A stretch of DNA of 64,000 bases, taken from the IMG/VR virus record IMGVR_UViG_3300023223_001361, positions 26,113 through 90,112 of that record. One strand, given 5' to 3'. The notes under the pieces were generated by a model that had not been told where the DNA came from, made no database searches, and saw only the letters and a list, made by a program, of their open reading frames with translations. The DNA comes from a virus. Shown here piece by piece: positions 9,907 to 19,013 of this stretch. Both the position numbers and the translations under genes were made by a program. Position 1 is the stretch's first letter, and the number at the start of each line of letters is the position of its first letter.

Positions 9907-10090
9907 TCAAAAAATTCGTGTTTTATTCTCCTTTAATTCCGGGTACTTATTGGGGGTAAATTAAAGGAAAATTGTGTTAAGGTATCCGAGATAAGGTTAG
10001 TTCTATTTTTAGGTGTTTCAATTTAATGGGATGTGTTAAGATCCCAAAAATATTATACTTTTATACCATATATTTCATCTTATATTTTTC

Positions 10091-10119
10091 TTGACTTAGT
10101 TGCGAGATTACAGTATACT
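10091..10119 (+). promoter_or_regulatory. sigma70-type promoter
   Basis: TTGACT-17 nt-TATACT. Confidence 0.75.
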
Positions 10120-10155
10120 GAAAGTATTATTTTAATATAATCATAAAAAGGTAGT

Positions 10156-10713
10156 ATGTTCCATAAGCAATATAAAGAGTCTTTATGTCAAGTTGTTTTT
10201 GATGAGATGCAAAAGGTTTATCAAAGTTTCGATCAAGGTGTGAATAATATTATTCATCAAATGAAAACTCAGACATTTTGCTTCCAATCGGGTATGCCTC
10301 AGTATCTTTATGTAGATGGTCAAGAAACACAAATTAAAGAAGTTCTCAAAGAATATTATGATACTGGCGTTGGTCTTGAAGCCACAGTAGATAAGATTGA
10401 AAAGATTTTCTATCCTAAATTAGAGGAAACAATTTCTTGTGGACTTTTAGATATTGCTATCAAAGCTGAAAATAGATTCCAGTCTGGATTTATTGATTCA
10501 TCAAAAACTGATGAGTTGTGTTGTGGAGATCCTAATTCTTGTGGTAAGAAACCTTGTAGCATACTTCTTGAAAGTATAAGCGATGATCCAGATAGTAATC
10601 TTAATGATTGGGTCCCAAACGCTTTCGGCTCAGCTTTAATATATGAAATAATAGAAAACCCGTACAGGACTTATCCTGTAATTTTAACTTACCAAAAAAG
10701 ACTGCTTACCTGA
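10156..10713 (+). CDS. hypothetical protein
   Basis: 185-aa ORF after promoter, RBS AAGG. Confidence 0.6.
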   Translation: MFHKQYKESLCQVVFDEMQKVYQSFDQGVNNIIHQMKTQTFCFQSGMPQYLYVDGQETQIKEVLKEYYDTGVGLEATVDKIEKIFYPKLEETISCGLLDIAIKAENRFQSGFIDSSKTDELCCGDPNSCGKKPCSILLESISDDPDSNLNDWVPNAFGSALIYEIIENPYRTYPVILTYQKRLLT

Positions 10714-10744
10714 TGAAATTCCAGAAGATTTTTAAATAAAAAGC

Positions 10745-10773
10745 TTGCATTAAGTTTTATTTTCTGTTATACT
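10745..10773 (+). promoter_or_regulatory. sigma70-type promoter for gp55
   Basis: TTGCAT-17 nt-TATACT with TG extension. Confidence 0.65.
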
Positions 10774-10783
10774 TCAAGTATGT

Positions 10784-11329
10784 ATGGAAAAGAAAATTAA
10801 AAAAAATCATTATATAAACAATGAAAAATTTCTCAAAGAAATGGTTTCGTGGTTGGAAGATGTCAAAAAAGCTAAGAGGAAAGGTCAACCTAGACCGAAA
10901 GTTCCTGATTATATTGGCGAATGTTTGTTAGCTATTGCAACTAATCTATCATACAAACCCAACTTTATTAATTATCAGTATCGAGATGATATGGTGATGG
11001 ATGGAGTAGAAAATTGTCTTCAATATATTACTAATTTTGATCCAGAAAAATCTAGTAATCCTTTTTCATATTTTACACAGATATCTTATTGGGCATTTGT
11101 AAGGAGAATTGAACGAGAAAAAAAACAACTCTATGTAAAATTGAAATCAATTCAAGATAATATTATTCACGATGAAAAAGTAACAGTCACTCAATACGGA
11201 AGTGATCACGCAAATTCACAGATGGAGCAGTTTATACAACAGTTTGAAGAAAAGAAAAAAGCTAAGAAGAAAGTCAAAGAAAAGAAATCCAAGTCGGCCA
11301 TAACTGATCTTATCAACAGAGTTGATTGA
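10784..11329 (+). CDS. gp55: late transcription sigma factor gp55
   Basis: HYINNEKFL..YIGECLLAIATNLSYKPNFINY..DMVMDGVENC..NFDPEKSSNPFSYFTQI. Confidence 0.97.
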   Translation: MEKKIKKNHYINNEKFLKEMVSWLEDVKKAKRKGQPRPKVPDYIGECLLAIATNLSYKPNFINYQYRDDMVMDGVENCLQYITNFDPEKSSNPFSYFTQISYWAFVRRIEREKKQLYVKLKSIQDNIIHDEKVTVTQYGSDHANSQMEQFIQQFEEKKKAKKKVKEKKSKSAITDLINRVD

Positions 11330-11337
11330 AATAGAAT

Positions 11338-12402
11338 ATGAAAATAGCTGTAATCGCGGATACACATTGCGGTGCTCGTAATGATACAGAAGTATTTAAT
11401 GCTCATTTTCTTAAATTTTTTCATGAGCAGTTTTTTCCATATCTAGATGAGCATAATATCAAAACTATTATTCATCTTGGCGATGTATTTGATCGTCGTA
11501 AATATGTTAATCTAAAAACTTTAAGTAGTTGGAAGAATAATGTGTTTGATGCCCTTGAAGAAAGAGGTATCGAAATGCATATTATTATTGGAAACCATGA
11601 TACTTATTTTAAGTCAACTAATGAAGTGAATTCCCCAACAGAACTTTTATCCGAATATTCCAATATTATAGTTCACACAAAACCAACAACTATTCAAATA
11701 GATGGTTTGGATATTTGTATTTTGCCATGGATCAATGATGATAACTTAGACGATACAGTAAAAGAAATAGAAACCACCAAAGCTGAAATCGCAATGGGTC
11801 ATCTTGAGATACTAGGTTTTGAACAAGTAAAAGGACATATTAATTATGATAAAGGGTTTGACAGAACTCAGTTTAATAAATTTGATGCTGTATTCAGTGG
11901 CCATTATCATCATCGGTCTAATGGGGGGAATATTTGGTATGTCGGATCTCCTTATGGTTTTGTGTGGTCTGATTGGAATGATAGTAGAGGCTTTCATATA
12001 CTTGAAACGAAATCCAGAGAAATGGAATTCATTGAAAATCCGAATGAAATCTTCCACAAAATATATTATAGAGATGGTGCAAAAACTTACGAAACCATAA
12101 GAGATACAGATTATTCTTATATTAAAGATTGTTATGTAAAAGTTATAGTAGAAGAGAAAACAAATCCTTATTTGTTTGAACAGTTTCTTGATAAACTTTA
12201 TCAACAAAATCCTGCCGACTTAAATGTAGTTGATGGATATGATGATTTGGATGATGAAGATCCTGAAGCAATTGATCAAGCTAAAGATACTTTGACTATT
12301 CTTCGGGAATATATTCATCAGATAGATGTGAGTGAAGATAAGAATGAATTAATAACTCTTATGCATGAGTTGTATAGTGAAGCTGCCGATATAGAGGTGT
12401 AA
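11338..12402 (+). CDS. gp47: recombination nuclease subunit gp47 (Mre11/SbcD-like)
   Basis: ADTHCG, HLGDVFDRR, GNHD, GHLE, SGHYH. Confidence 0.97.
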   Translation: MKIAVIADTHCGARNDTEVFNAHFLKFFHEQFFPYLDEHNIKTIIHLGDVFDRRKYVNLKTLSSWKNNVFDALEERGIEMHIIIGNHDTYFKSTNEVNSPTELLSEYSNIIVHTKPTTIQIDGLDICILPWINDDNLDDTVKEIETTKAEIAMGHLEILGFEQVKGHINYDKGFDRTQFNKFDAVFSGHYHHRSNGGNIWYVGSPYGFVWSDWNDSRGFHILETKSREMEFIENPNEIFHKIYYRDGAKTYETIRDTDYSYIKDCYVKVIVEEKTNPYLFEQFLDKLYQQNPADLNVVDGYDDLDDEDPEAIDQAKDTLTILREYIHQIDVSEDKNELITLMHELYSEAADIEV

Positions 12403-12403
12403 T

Positions 12404-12736
12404 GTGGATAATACTATTAGTATACACGTTAAAGAAAAGGAAATTTGTCGAATCGATGAACTTGGAATTTGGTTAACAAAATATTCTTGGTGTCAAGATC
12501 CAAAGACTGTTGCTGACTTCCTGTTTGATGTTTTTGAACGGTGTTGGCATGGAAGCTTTCAAAGTAATCCAATATTAAATCGAACAGTTGATATGAGAGT
12601 TGAAAATAAACTAGTATGTTTAATTAGTAGGGATAATATATGGTTCAATTCTGATTTAGTTATACCAGATTACTTTACCGAAGAAACAATACGACTATTA
12701 CAAAAGAGATGGAGAGAAACTTTATCTAAAAAGTAA
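12404..12736 (+). CDS. hypothetical protein with internal two-fold repeat
   Basis: ISIHVKEKEICRIDELGIW vs VDMRVENKLVCLISRDNIW. Confidence 0.5.
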   Translation: MDNTISIHVKEKEICRIDELGIWLTKYSWCQDPKTVADFLFDVFERCWHGSFQSNPILNRTVDMRVENKLVCLISRDNIWFNSDLVIPDYFTEETIRLLQKRWRETLSKK

Positions 12737-12743
12737 TTATACT

Positions 12744-14456
12744 ATGATTTATTTTGAAAAGATTCGATGGAAGAACTTTCTAGCTACTGGAAATCACTTC
12801 ATCGAAATCGAACTTGACAAATCTAAGACCAGTATTCTACTTGGTCCGTCTGGGAGTGGTAAGAGCACGTTGCTCGACGCAATGTGTTTTGCTTTATTTG
12901 GTCGTGCCTTCCGAGCGATAAACAGAGATCAATTAGTCAACTCAGTCAATGAAAAGGATTGCTTAGTTGAAATTGAATTCAAAATTGGAACCAAAGAATA
13001 TGTGGTGCGACGTGGCATCAAACCAAATATTTTTGAAATCTATCGTAATGATAGAATGATTGAACAGGATGCAAGCGTTCATGATTACCAGATGAAGTTA
13101 GAGAAACAGATATTAAAGTTTAATCGTAAGACATTTACCCAAATTGTTGTATTGGGAGCATCAAATTTTACACCATTTATGCAATTGAAGCCTTCAGATA
13201 GAAGAATTATTATTGAGGAACTTCTGGATATTGAAATTTTTTCCGTAATGCATAATCTTTTGAAAGAAAGAATTTCTAAGTTGAAAGAAGAAACTACAGA
13301 AAATGAAATGCAAATTAAGATGCTTGAAAAAGAAATAGAATTGCATGAGCAGTATGTTAAAAGTTTAGCAAGCGACAAGAATTCAAAGATCGAAAAAAAT
13401 GAAGAAGATATAGTCGAGAATACTTTACAGATACAAGCATTGCAGAAAATTATTGATGATTCTAAGGATATATTGGATGGTTTAAAGAAAGATATCGAGG
13501 ATCAAAAAGAGGTTGATAAAAATATCCAAAAGTTTTATGATTTAGAAGATCAAATCGAACGTAATATCAAGAAGACTAAAAAAGAAATAACTTTCTATGA
13601 AGATCATGATGATTGCCCAACATGTAATCAACCAATTAATGAACAGTTTAAGTTAGAGGAAATAGGAAGAAAAGAAAATAAGCTTTCTGATTTTGCTGCT
13701 GGTATTAAACAGATTCAAGATAATATATCAACACTCCAAAAAAGATTATGTGATATTTATTCTACTAAAGGTGTAATAAATGACAAAGAAAGGGAAAGAA
13801 CTAGAAATATATCTTCTGTAAATGCTTTAAGAAACTATGTCAAGAAATTGGAAGATGAAAACGAAGAGTTAAAGAAACCAAAGAAATCAATTTCAGATGA
13901 AAAGGATAATATTAGAAGTATGTATGGTGATAAAGTTGAGTGTACAGATAAAGCACAATCTTTTTCATATAAAAAAGCTTTGTATGATACCACCTCAAAT
14001 CTTCTAAGAGATGGTGGAATTAAGTCTAGGATTATAAAACAATACTTGCCTTTAATTAACAAATATGTTAATAAATATCTTAATTCCATGAATTTTTTTG
14101 TCAGTTTCCATTTGGATGAAGAGTTTAATGAGAGTATAAAATCTAGAGGAAGAGATATTTTTTCTTATGAAAACTTTTCCGAAGGAGAAAAACAAAGAAT
14201 TGATTTAGCTTTACTCTTCACTTGGCGTGCAATAGCACGTATGAAAAACTCAGTAAATACTAATTTGCTTATCATGGATGAAGTATTTGATAGTTATTTG
14301 GATAATGCTGCAACTGAGAATGTTATTGAGTTATTAAACTCAGATTTGTTTCGCAATACTAATATTTTTGTAATTTCACATAAAGATACTATTGCTGATA
14401 AATTTCATCGATTAATTCGTTTTACTAAAGTTAAAAGTTTTAGCAGGGTAGAATAA
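12744..14456 (+). CDS. gp46: recombination ATPase gp46 (Rad50/SbcC-like)
   Basis: GPSGSGKS, zinc hook CPTC, FSEGEKQRIDLAL, MDEVFD. Confidence 0.97.
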   Translation: MIYFEKIRWKNFLATGNHFIEIELDKSKTSILLGPSGSGKSTLLDAMCFALFGRAFRAINRDQLVNSVNEKDCLVEIEFKIGTKEYVVRRGIKPNIFEIYRNDRMIEQDASVHDYQMKLEKQILKFNRKTFTQIVVLGASNFTPFMQLKPSDRRIIIEELLDIEIFSVMHNLLKERISKLKEETTENEMQIKMLEKEIELHEQYVKSLASDKNSKIEKNEEDIVENTLQIQALQKIIDDSKDILDGLKKDIEDQKEVDKNIQKFYDLEDQIERNIKKTKKEITFYEDHDDCPTCNQPINEQFKLEEIGRKENKLSDFAAGIKQIQDNISTLQKRLCDIYSTKGVINDKERERTRNISSVNALRNYVKKLEDENEELKKPKKSISDEKDNIRSMYGDKVECTDKAQSFSYKKALYDTTSNLLRDGGIKSRIIKQYLPLINKYVNKYLNSMNFFVSFHLDEEFNESIKSRGRDIFSYENFSEGEKQRIDLALLFTWRAIARMKNSVNTNLLIMDEVFDSYLDNAATENVIELLNSDLFRNTNIFVISHKDTIADKFHRLIRFTKVKSFSRVE

Positions 14457-14652
14457 TGGATTTGCCAATAAAATATACTGTGTTTATCACTACCAATAAA
14501 ATAGGTAGGAGAGCTGTTCATTGGTCAAGTAGCAATCCAAAAGCAAAGGTAACACGTTCAACAATTGCTAAAGATATTCAACAGCTTTTACCATCGTGGG
14601 AAGAAACATGGGGAAAGATATTAAAGATTGAAATAGTTAGGGGTGATTACTA

Positions 14653-16629
14653 ATGGATACAAAAAAGATAGCAGAAATCGAAGCGAAGCAAGAGCATCTC
14701 AAATGGGTCAACAAAAAACTTAAGGAACACTTTGTTGGGATTGACAATATTATAGATGATGTCACAGATAGTCTTGAAGCTTGGTATGTCATGCCAGAAC
14801 TTCAGATGCGACCTACTGTTATTTGTTTGTGGGGTATGACTGGTGTCGGCAAAACTGATCTAGTAAATCGTTTGGTAAAACTTCTTGGTTGGGATGATTC
14901 CTTTTTAAAGATTGAACTAGGGGATAGGACAAATTATTTCAAATCTATTCTTTCTCAGTTGAAAGATCAGAGTAATATTATGAATGGTACTTCTGGTATT
15001 CTTTTATTTGATGAGATACAAAAATTTAGAACTGTTGATGAAGACAGAAAAGAAAAACCTGATGCCGGCTATAGTGATTTTTGGGAAATGCTTTCTGATG
15101 GTCATATCGACCAACGTCATATTATTAAGGATATTATTGATACCCTTTCAGCAAAGATACGTCAACAGGAAAAAAAGAAAGCTGAAAAAGCTTTAGGGGA
15201 AAACAAAGAAACAAGAAAGAAAGGAATAAATCAGAGTCTTCGAGAGATAATTGGCGGTGGTGATGATGAAGAAGATGTTGAGGAGGATGTTGATGTGAAA
15301 ATATATAGTTACGATGCTGAAAAAATAATTTATTATCTTGGTTTAGATAAGATGCATAGTTCTGATATTACTGGCATTGGTGAAAAAGAATTGGTAGAAT
15401 TTTGCAAAAAATTATTGAATAGCTCAAACAAACACTTCTTCGATATGTCAAAGACATTAGTATTTATTTCGGGAAATTTGGATGAAGCATACTCATTTGC
15501 AAAAACTGTTCAGGATGCTGATACACATGCAGATATTTATCATGAGCTTTCAAAAAAGATTAGTTTTCTTGATATTAAGGAAGCATTATTGCAAAGATTT
15601 CGTGCTGAGCAGATAGCAAGATTTGGGAATTTTCATTTAGTATATCCTTCTTTATCCAGTAAATCTTATAAGGAGATCATTAAAAGAAGATTAAAAACAG
15701 TTTCGAATAACGTTTTGGATAAACATAATATCGATGTTCAATATGATGATAGTATATACAAATATATTTATGATAATGGTGTTTTTCCCACACAAGGTAC
15801 ACGCCCTGTGTTTTCTACGATACAAATGGTTGTAGAGAATAATCTTCCAAAGATTTTATTAAATTGTTTCAAAACTTCTATTCTTAATGTAAAACTATTT
15901 TCCGAAGATGGGAAAATTGTTGCAAAGTATGGTGATAAGACTTTACATATTCCTTATGTTGGTCAAATTGATTCAATTCGGAAGAAGAAAACACTAGATC
16001 AACTTGCGATGGTTAGTGTGCATGAAGCTGGTCATGCTCTTGCAATAGGTAAACTCTTTGGTGTTGCACCATCACAGATTAGCGCACGAGCCTCTAAGTC
16101 TGATGTTGATGGATTTGTTTTCATGCCTTATATTAAAATGTCAAAGGGCAATATATTGAAAAAGATTATATGTGCTTTAGCTGGTCGAGTAGCAGAAGAA
16201 TTTTATTTTAAAGATGAAATGATATCTCCTGGTGCTGCTGAAGATATTGCACACGCAACAGAGATGGCTTGTCTCATGATGAACGATTGGGCAATGACAG
16301 AATGTAAAGATGGTATTCCTTATAGAACTGGTACAAGAAATTTTAATGAAAGAGGTAATTATATCCCAACACAGGATGAAATGTATTCCGATTCAACATT
16401 TATTATAAGAGAATCATATAAAAAAGCACAACAAATTATTGAAGAGCATTCGGAGTTGTTGAAAGATTTGGTTGAAATATTGATTCGAGATACTACTATT
16501 AGTCCTGAAAATTTTGTTATATTATGTGATGCTAATGGTATGGATAACATTCGAGTTATGAAAGATGGTGAAGAAATCTCTGACAGTTATTCGGATGCCT
16601 TAAAAGTGAAGCATGATCGCAAAAACTAA
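14653..16629 (+). CDS. AAA+ ATPase fused to M41 (FtsH-type) metalloprotease, no membrane anchor seen
   Basis: Walker A GMTGVGKT, Walker B LLFDE; HEAGH, LAGRVAEE, GAAEDIAHAT as in the FtsH protease domain. Confidence 0.85.
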   Translation: MDTKKIAEIEAKQEHLKWVNKKLKEHFVGIDNIIDDVTDSLEAWYVMPELQMRPTVICLWGMTGVGKTDLVNRLVKLLGWDDSFLKIELGDRTNYFKSILSQLKDQSNIMNGTSGILLFDEIQKFRTVDEDRKEKPDAGYSDFWEMLSDGHIDQRHIIKDIIDTLSAKIRQQEKKKAEKALGENKETRKKGINQSLREIIGGGDDEEDVEEDVDVKIYSYDAEKIIYYLGLDKMHSSDITGIGEKELVEFCKKLLNSSNKHFFDMSKTLVFISGNLDEAYSFAKTVQDADTHADIYHELSKKISFLDIKEALLQRFRAEQIARFGNFHLVYPSLSSKSYKEIIKRRLKTVSNNVLDKHNIDVQYDDSIYKYIYDNGVFPTQGTRPVFSTIQMVVENNLPKILLNCFKTSILNVKLFSEDGKIVAKYGDKTLHIPYVGQIDSIRKKKTLDQLAMVSVHEAGHALAIGKLFGVAPSQISARASKSDVDGFVFMPYIKMSKGNILKKIICALAGRVAEEFYFKDEMISPGAAEDIAHATEMACLMMNDWAMTECKDGIPYRTGTRNFNERGNYIPTQDEMYSDSTFIIRESYKKAQQIIEEHSELLKDLVEILIRDTTISPENFVILCDANGMDNIRVMKDGEEISDSYSDALKVKHDRKN

Positions 16630-17896
16630 GAAAGATTATGATGAAGAATTTCAAGAGTGGTTAAAAAAGAATCCCACTAGTGAAGTTCCTGATATAGATT
16701 TTCATGATACTCGTGAGAAAGTCATAGATATATTGTCTTATGTTTCTCAGATGACTGTTCAGGAATATACTTTGTATGAGAAGTGGCAAGAAATTCGGAG
16801 AAAGTATCCGACAGAAATTATGAGTACTTTAGATCATGATAAATCAACAGAAGTTCTTTTGGATCCTAAAAAGATTTTAGAAGTTAAAAAATGTAAGAAT
16901 AGTATTTGGATTCCAGAATCACCTGAAGATTATTTAAAGCTTCAACCGGAAATTCTTTACACAAATAATGGGGAAGAAGCTGATCATCTTATGACAGAGT
17001 GGTCTAATTTGAGGTTATTGATTCACACGATGCCTTATAATAGTGCGGTCGGTCGTAATATGCATTTCATTATCAAAGATAAAGTTTCAGAAAAATATCT
17101 TGGTATTATTTGTATCTCTTCAGATTTTATGGATCTAACCTGTAGAGATAATTATATTGGCTGGACCAGACAGATTAAGACAGATGAGCGTATGATTAAC
17201 CATATAGCGATAGGTTCAACTATCGTTCCAACACAACCACTTGGATTTAACTTCTTGGGTGGGAAATTATGCGCTTTACTTTGTCTATCTGATGAAGTTC
17301 AAACTGCTTGGAAAGACTCATATAATCAGATTTTAGTAGGCTTGACAACTACTTCATTATATGGTACACTATCACAATATAACAGTTTACAATACTGGAA
17401 CAAGCGAGGAGCTACAAAGGGTAGCATCGGATATAATCCGGGTCGCCATTTAAGAAAACAGATGATGTACTGGCTCCAAAAGAATGAGCCAAGAATGTAT
17501 TGGGATTGGTATCATGCCATGAATGAAAAGAATCAAAGATCGAAACGGGATTACCGGAATCGAGCTTTGCTTTTTGCTTATAGAAAGTTTAATATACCAA
17601 AGGAATTAATACATACCAAGCATCAACGGGGCGTATATTTTTCCCCTTTGTATAATAATACTTGTGATTTTTTGAGAAAGGAAATAGATAAGGATGGTTT
17701 GGTGAAGAGAATGGATACTTCCGTCGATCATTTGGTTCAGGTTTGGAAAGATAGATATGCATCAAAGAGAGCAGAAAAGATGGTAAAGCAAGGAAGATAC
17801 AATACTGAGACTCTTTTTTATGGTGATTTGATTTATATGGATAATTTTGAGGACGTTAAGGCTAAATATCTTTCTAAAGTAGGTATTGATAGATGA
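16613..17896 (+). CDS. DUF4338 / DruA-like protein
   Basis: GRNMHF...YLGIICISSD..RDNYIGW...IVPTQPLGFNFLGGKL...TTTSLYG..SQYN. Confidence 0.75.
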   Translation: MIAKTKKDYDEEFQEWLKKNPTSEVPDIDFHDTREKVIDILSYVSQMTVQEYTLYEKWQEIRRKYPTEIMSTLDHDKSTEVLLDPKKILEVKKCKNSIWIPESPEDYLKLQPEILYTNNGEEADHLMTEWSNLRLLIHTMPYNSAVGRNMHFIIKDKVSEKYLGIICISSDFMDLTCRDNYIGWTRQIKTDERMINHIAIGSTIVPTQPLGFNFLGGKLCALLCLSDEVQTAWKDSYNQILVGLTTTSLYGTLSQYNSLQYWNKRGATKGSIGYNPGRHLRKQMMYWLQKNEPRMYWDWYHAMNEKNQRSKRDYRNRALLFAYRKFNIPKELIHTKHQRGVYFSPLYNNTCDFLRKEIDKDGLVKRMDTSVDHLVQVWKDRYASKRAEKMVKQGRYNTETLFYGDLIYMDNFEDVKAKYLSKVGIDR

Positions 17897-17988
17897 TTGA
17901 GTGGCTTACAGAACCAGCTTTATTTAGTCGATTAGAAATGGCATTAATGTTATTTGGGTTGTATTTGGTTCTTAATAAATAATTAAAT

Positions 17989-18062
17989 GCGCTTGTAGTA
18001 TAATGGCATTATGTCTGCCTTCCAAGCAGAAGACCACAGTTCGATTCTGTGTTGGCGCTCCA
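17989..18062 (+). tRNA. tRNA-Gly(TCC)
   Basis: Anticodon arm TCTGC-CT-TCC-AA-GCAGA, T arm CACAG-TTCGATT-CTGTG, encoded CCA; weak inner acceptor pairs. Confidence 0.85.
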
Positions 18063-18070
18063 ACTAAATA
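18063..18070 (+). promoter_or_regulatory. late promoter-like site
   Basis: ACTAAATA upstream of the spike-base pair. Confidence 0.5.
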
Positions 18071-18102
18071 GCAATGTAATAAAATTAACTTAGAGGAATA
18101 AA

Positions 18103-18333
18103 ATGGCAGAAGGAAAACATGCTTTCGCAATTACGCCGGATGATGGAAACGATTTGCCGGAAGTTGCTTTGAAATTATATGTTGATGTTGGTGGAGATGT
18201 TGTTGTTACTTTGTCTGCTGATACTGTTTCGATAACTTTATCAGTTGCTTCTAATTCGTTTATAGATGATTTGCGGATTAAGAAGGTTCATGCAGCTGGA
18301 ACAACTGCAACTGGTTTAATCGGATTTAACTAA
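18103..18333 (+). CDS. head spike base protein-like (RcGTA Rcc01079 family), copy 1
   Basis: AFAITPDDGNDLP...LYVDVGGDVVV...RIKKVHAAGTTATGLIG. Confidence 0.75.
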   Translation: MAEGKHAFAITPDDGNDLPEVALKLYVDVGGDVVVTLSADTVSITLSVASNSFIDDLRIKKVHAAGTTATGLIGFN

Positions 18334-18343
18334 GGAGAAAATA

Positions 18344-18580
18344 ATGGGAGATTCAAGAAATTCGGTAAGCATCACTCCTAATGATGGTGCCGATTTAACA
18401 AATCTTGTTAATAAAATTCGTGTAGATGGGCTTGCTGGAGATGTTGTTGTTACACTTGCTGGTGATTCAACCTCACTAACTTTTGCTCTTGCTGCTGGAG
18501 AATTATTAGAAGGATTTCTAATTAAGAAAGTACACGCAACTGGAACAACTGCAACTGTTTTGGTTGGATTTTACGAGTAA
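18344..18580 (+). CDS. head spike base protein-like, copy 2
   Basis: SITPNDGADL...GDVVVTL...IKKVHATGTTATVLVG; clear paralogue of the previous gene. Confidence 0.72.
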   Translation: MGDSRNSVSITPNDGADLTNLVNKIRVDGLAGDVVVTLAGDSTSLTFALAAGELLEGFLIKKVHATGTTATVLVGFYE

Positions 18581-18657
18581 ATAATGAAAAATGTATCTTG
18601 TCAATTTTGGTTACTATTGTTACTCGCGTAAGCGAGATAATATAGTTACGATCAAAT

Positions 18658-18733
18658 GGCAGGGTACGCAAACGGTATAGCGGTTAGTTTTAGAAACTAA
18701 TGATTGTGGGTCCGAATCCCTCCCCTGCTACCA
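18658..18733 (+). tRNA. tRNA-Leu(TAG), short variable loop
   Basis: GGCAGGG/CCCTGCT acceptor, TTAGT-TTTAGAA-ACTAA anticodon arm, A73-CCA; T loop TCCGAAT. Confidence 0.8.
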
Positions 18734-18862
18734 TTCTACCCCAAAAAAGCTGAAAAATCTAATTCCTACAGATTCCGACAAATTATTTTTCCCAAAATTT
18801 TTCCGCAAGGGTCGAAAAAGTAAATTATTTAAATTTTTCAATAATTACGGATATTTAATGTC

Positions 18863-18891
18863 TTGACAAGCTTTATGGGGTATGAGATAAT
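18863..18891 (+). promoter_or_regulatory. sigma70-type (early) promoter
   Basis: TTGACA-17 nt-GATAAT with TG extension. Confidence 0.75.
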
Positions 18892-18915
18892 GATAATGTA
18901 ATAGGGAGGAAACGA

Positions 18916-19011
18916 ATGAAAAACGACAAAATATTCCCGATTTTTTTGGTGATTTTTGATGTGACAATAATTCTTTTTAATGTTGTTGCACTAGCAATAA
19001 CGGTTTATTGA
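18916..19011 (+). CDS. 31-aa hydrophobic membrane peptide
   Basis: RBS AGGGAGGA; MKNDKIFPIFLVIFDVTIILFNVVALAITVY. Confidence 0.55.
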   Translation: MKNDKIFPIFLVIFDVTIILFNVVALAITVY

Positions 19012-19013
19012 TA

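Noticed and set aside
16613-17896. Complete Druantia defence system
   Set aside because: Only a DruA-like gene; no DruE helicase or other components in the window.
18658-18733. Amber suppressor tRNA or stop-codon recoding
   Set aside because: Anticodon TAG reads CTA (Leu); a suppressor would have anticodon CTA. Core genes are full length in code 11 and TAG ends gp45 normally.
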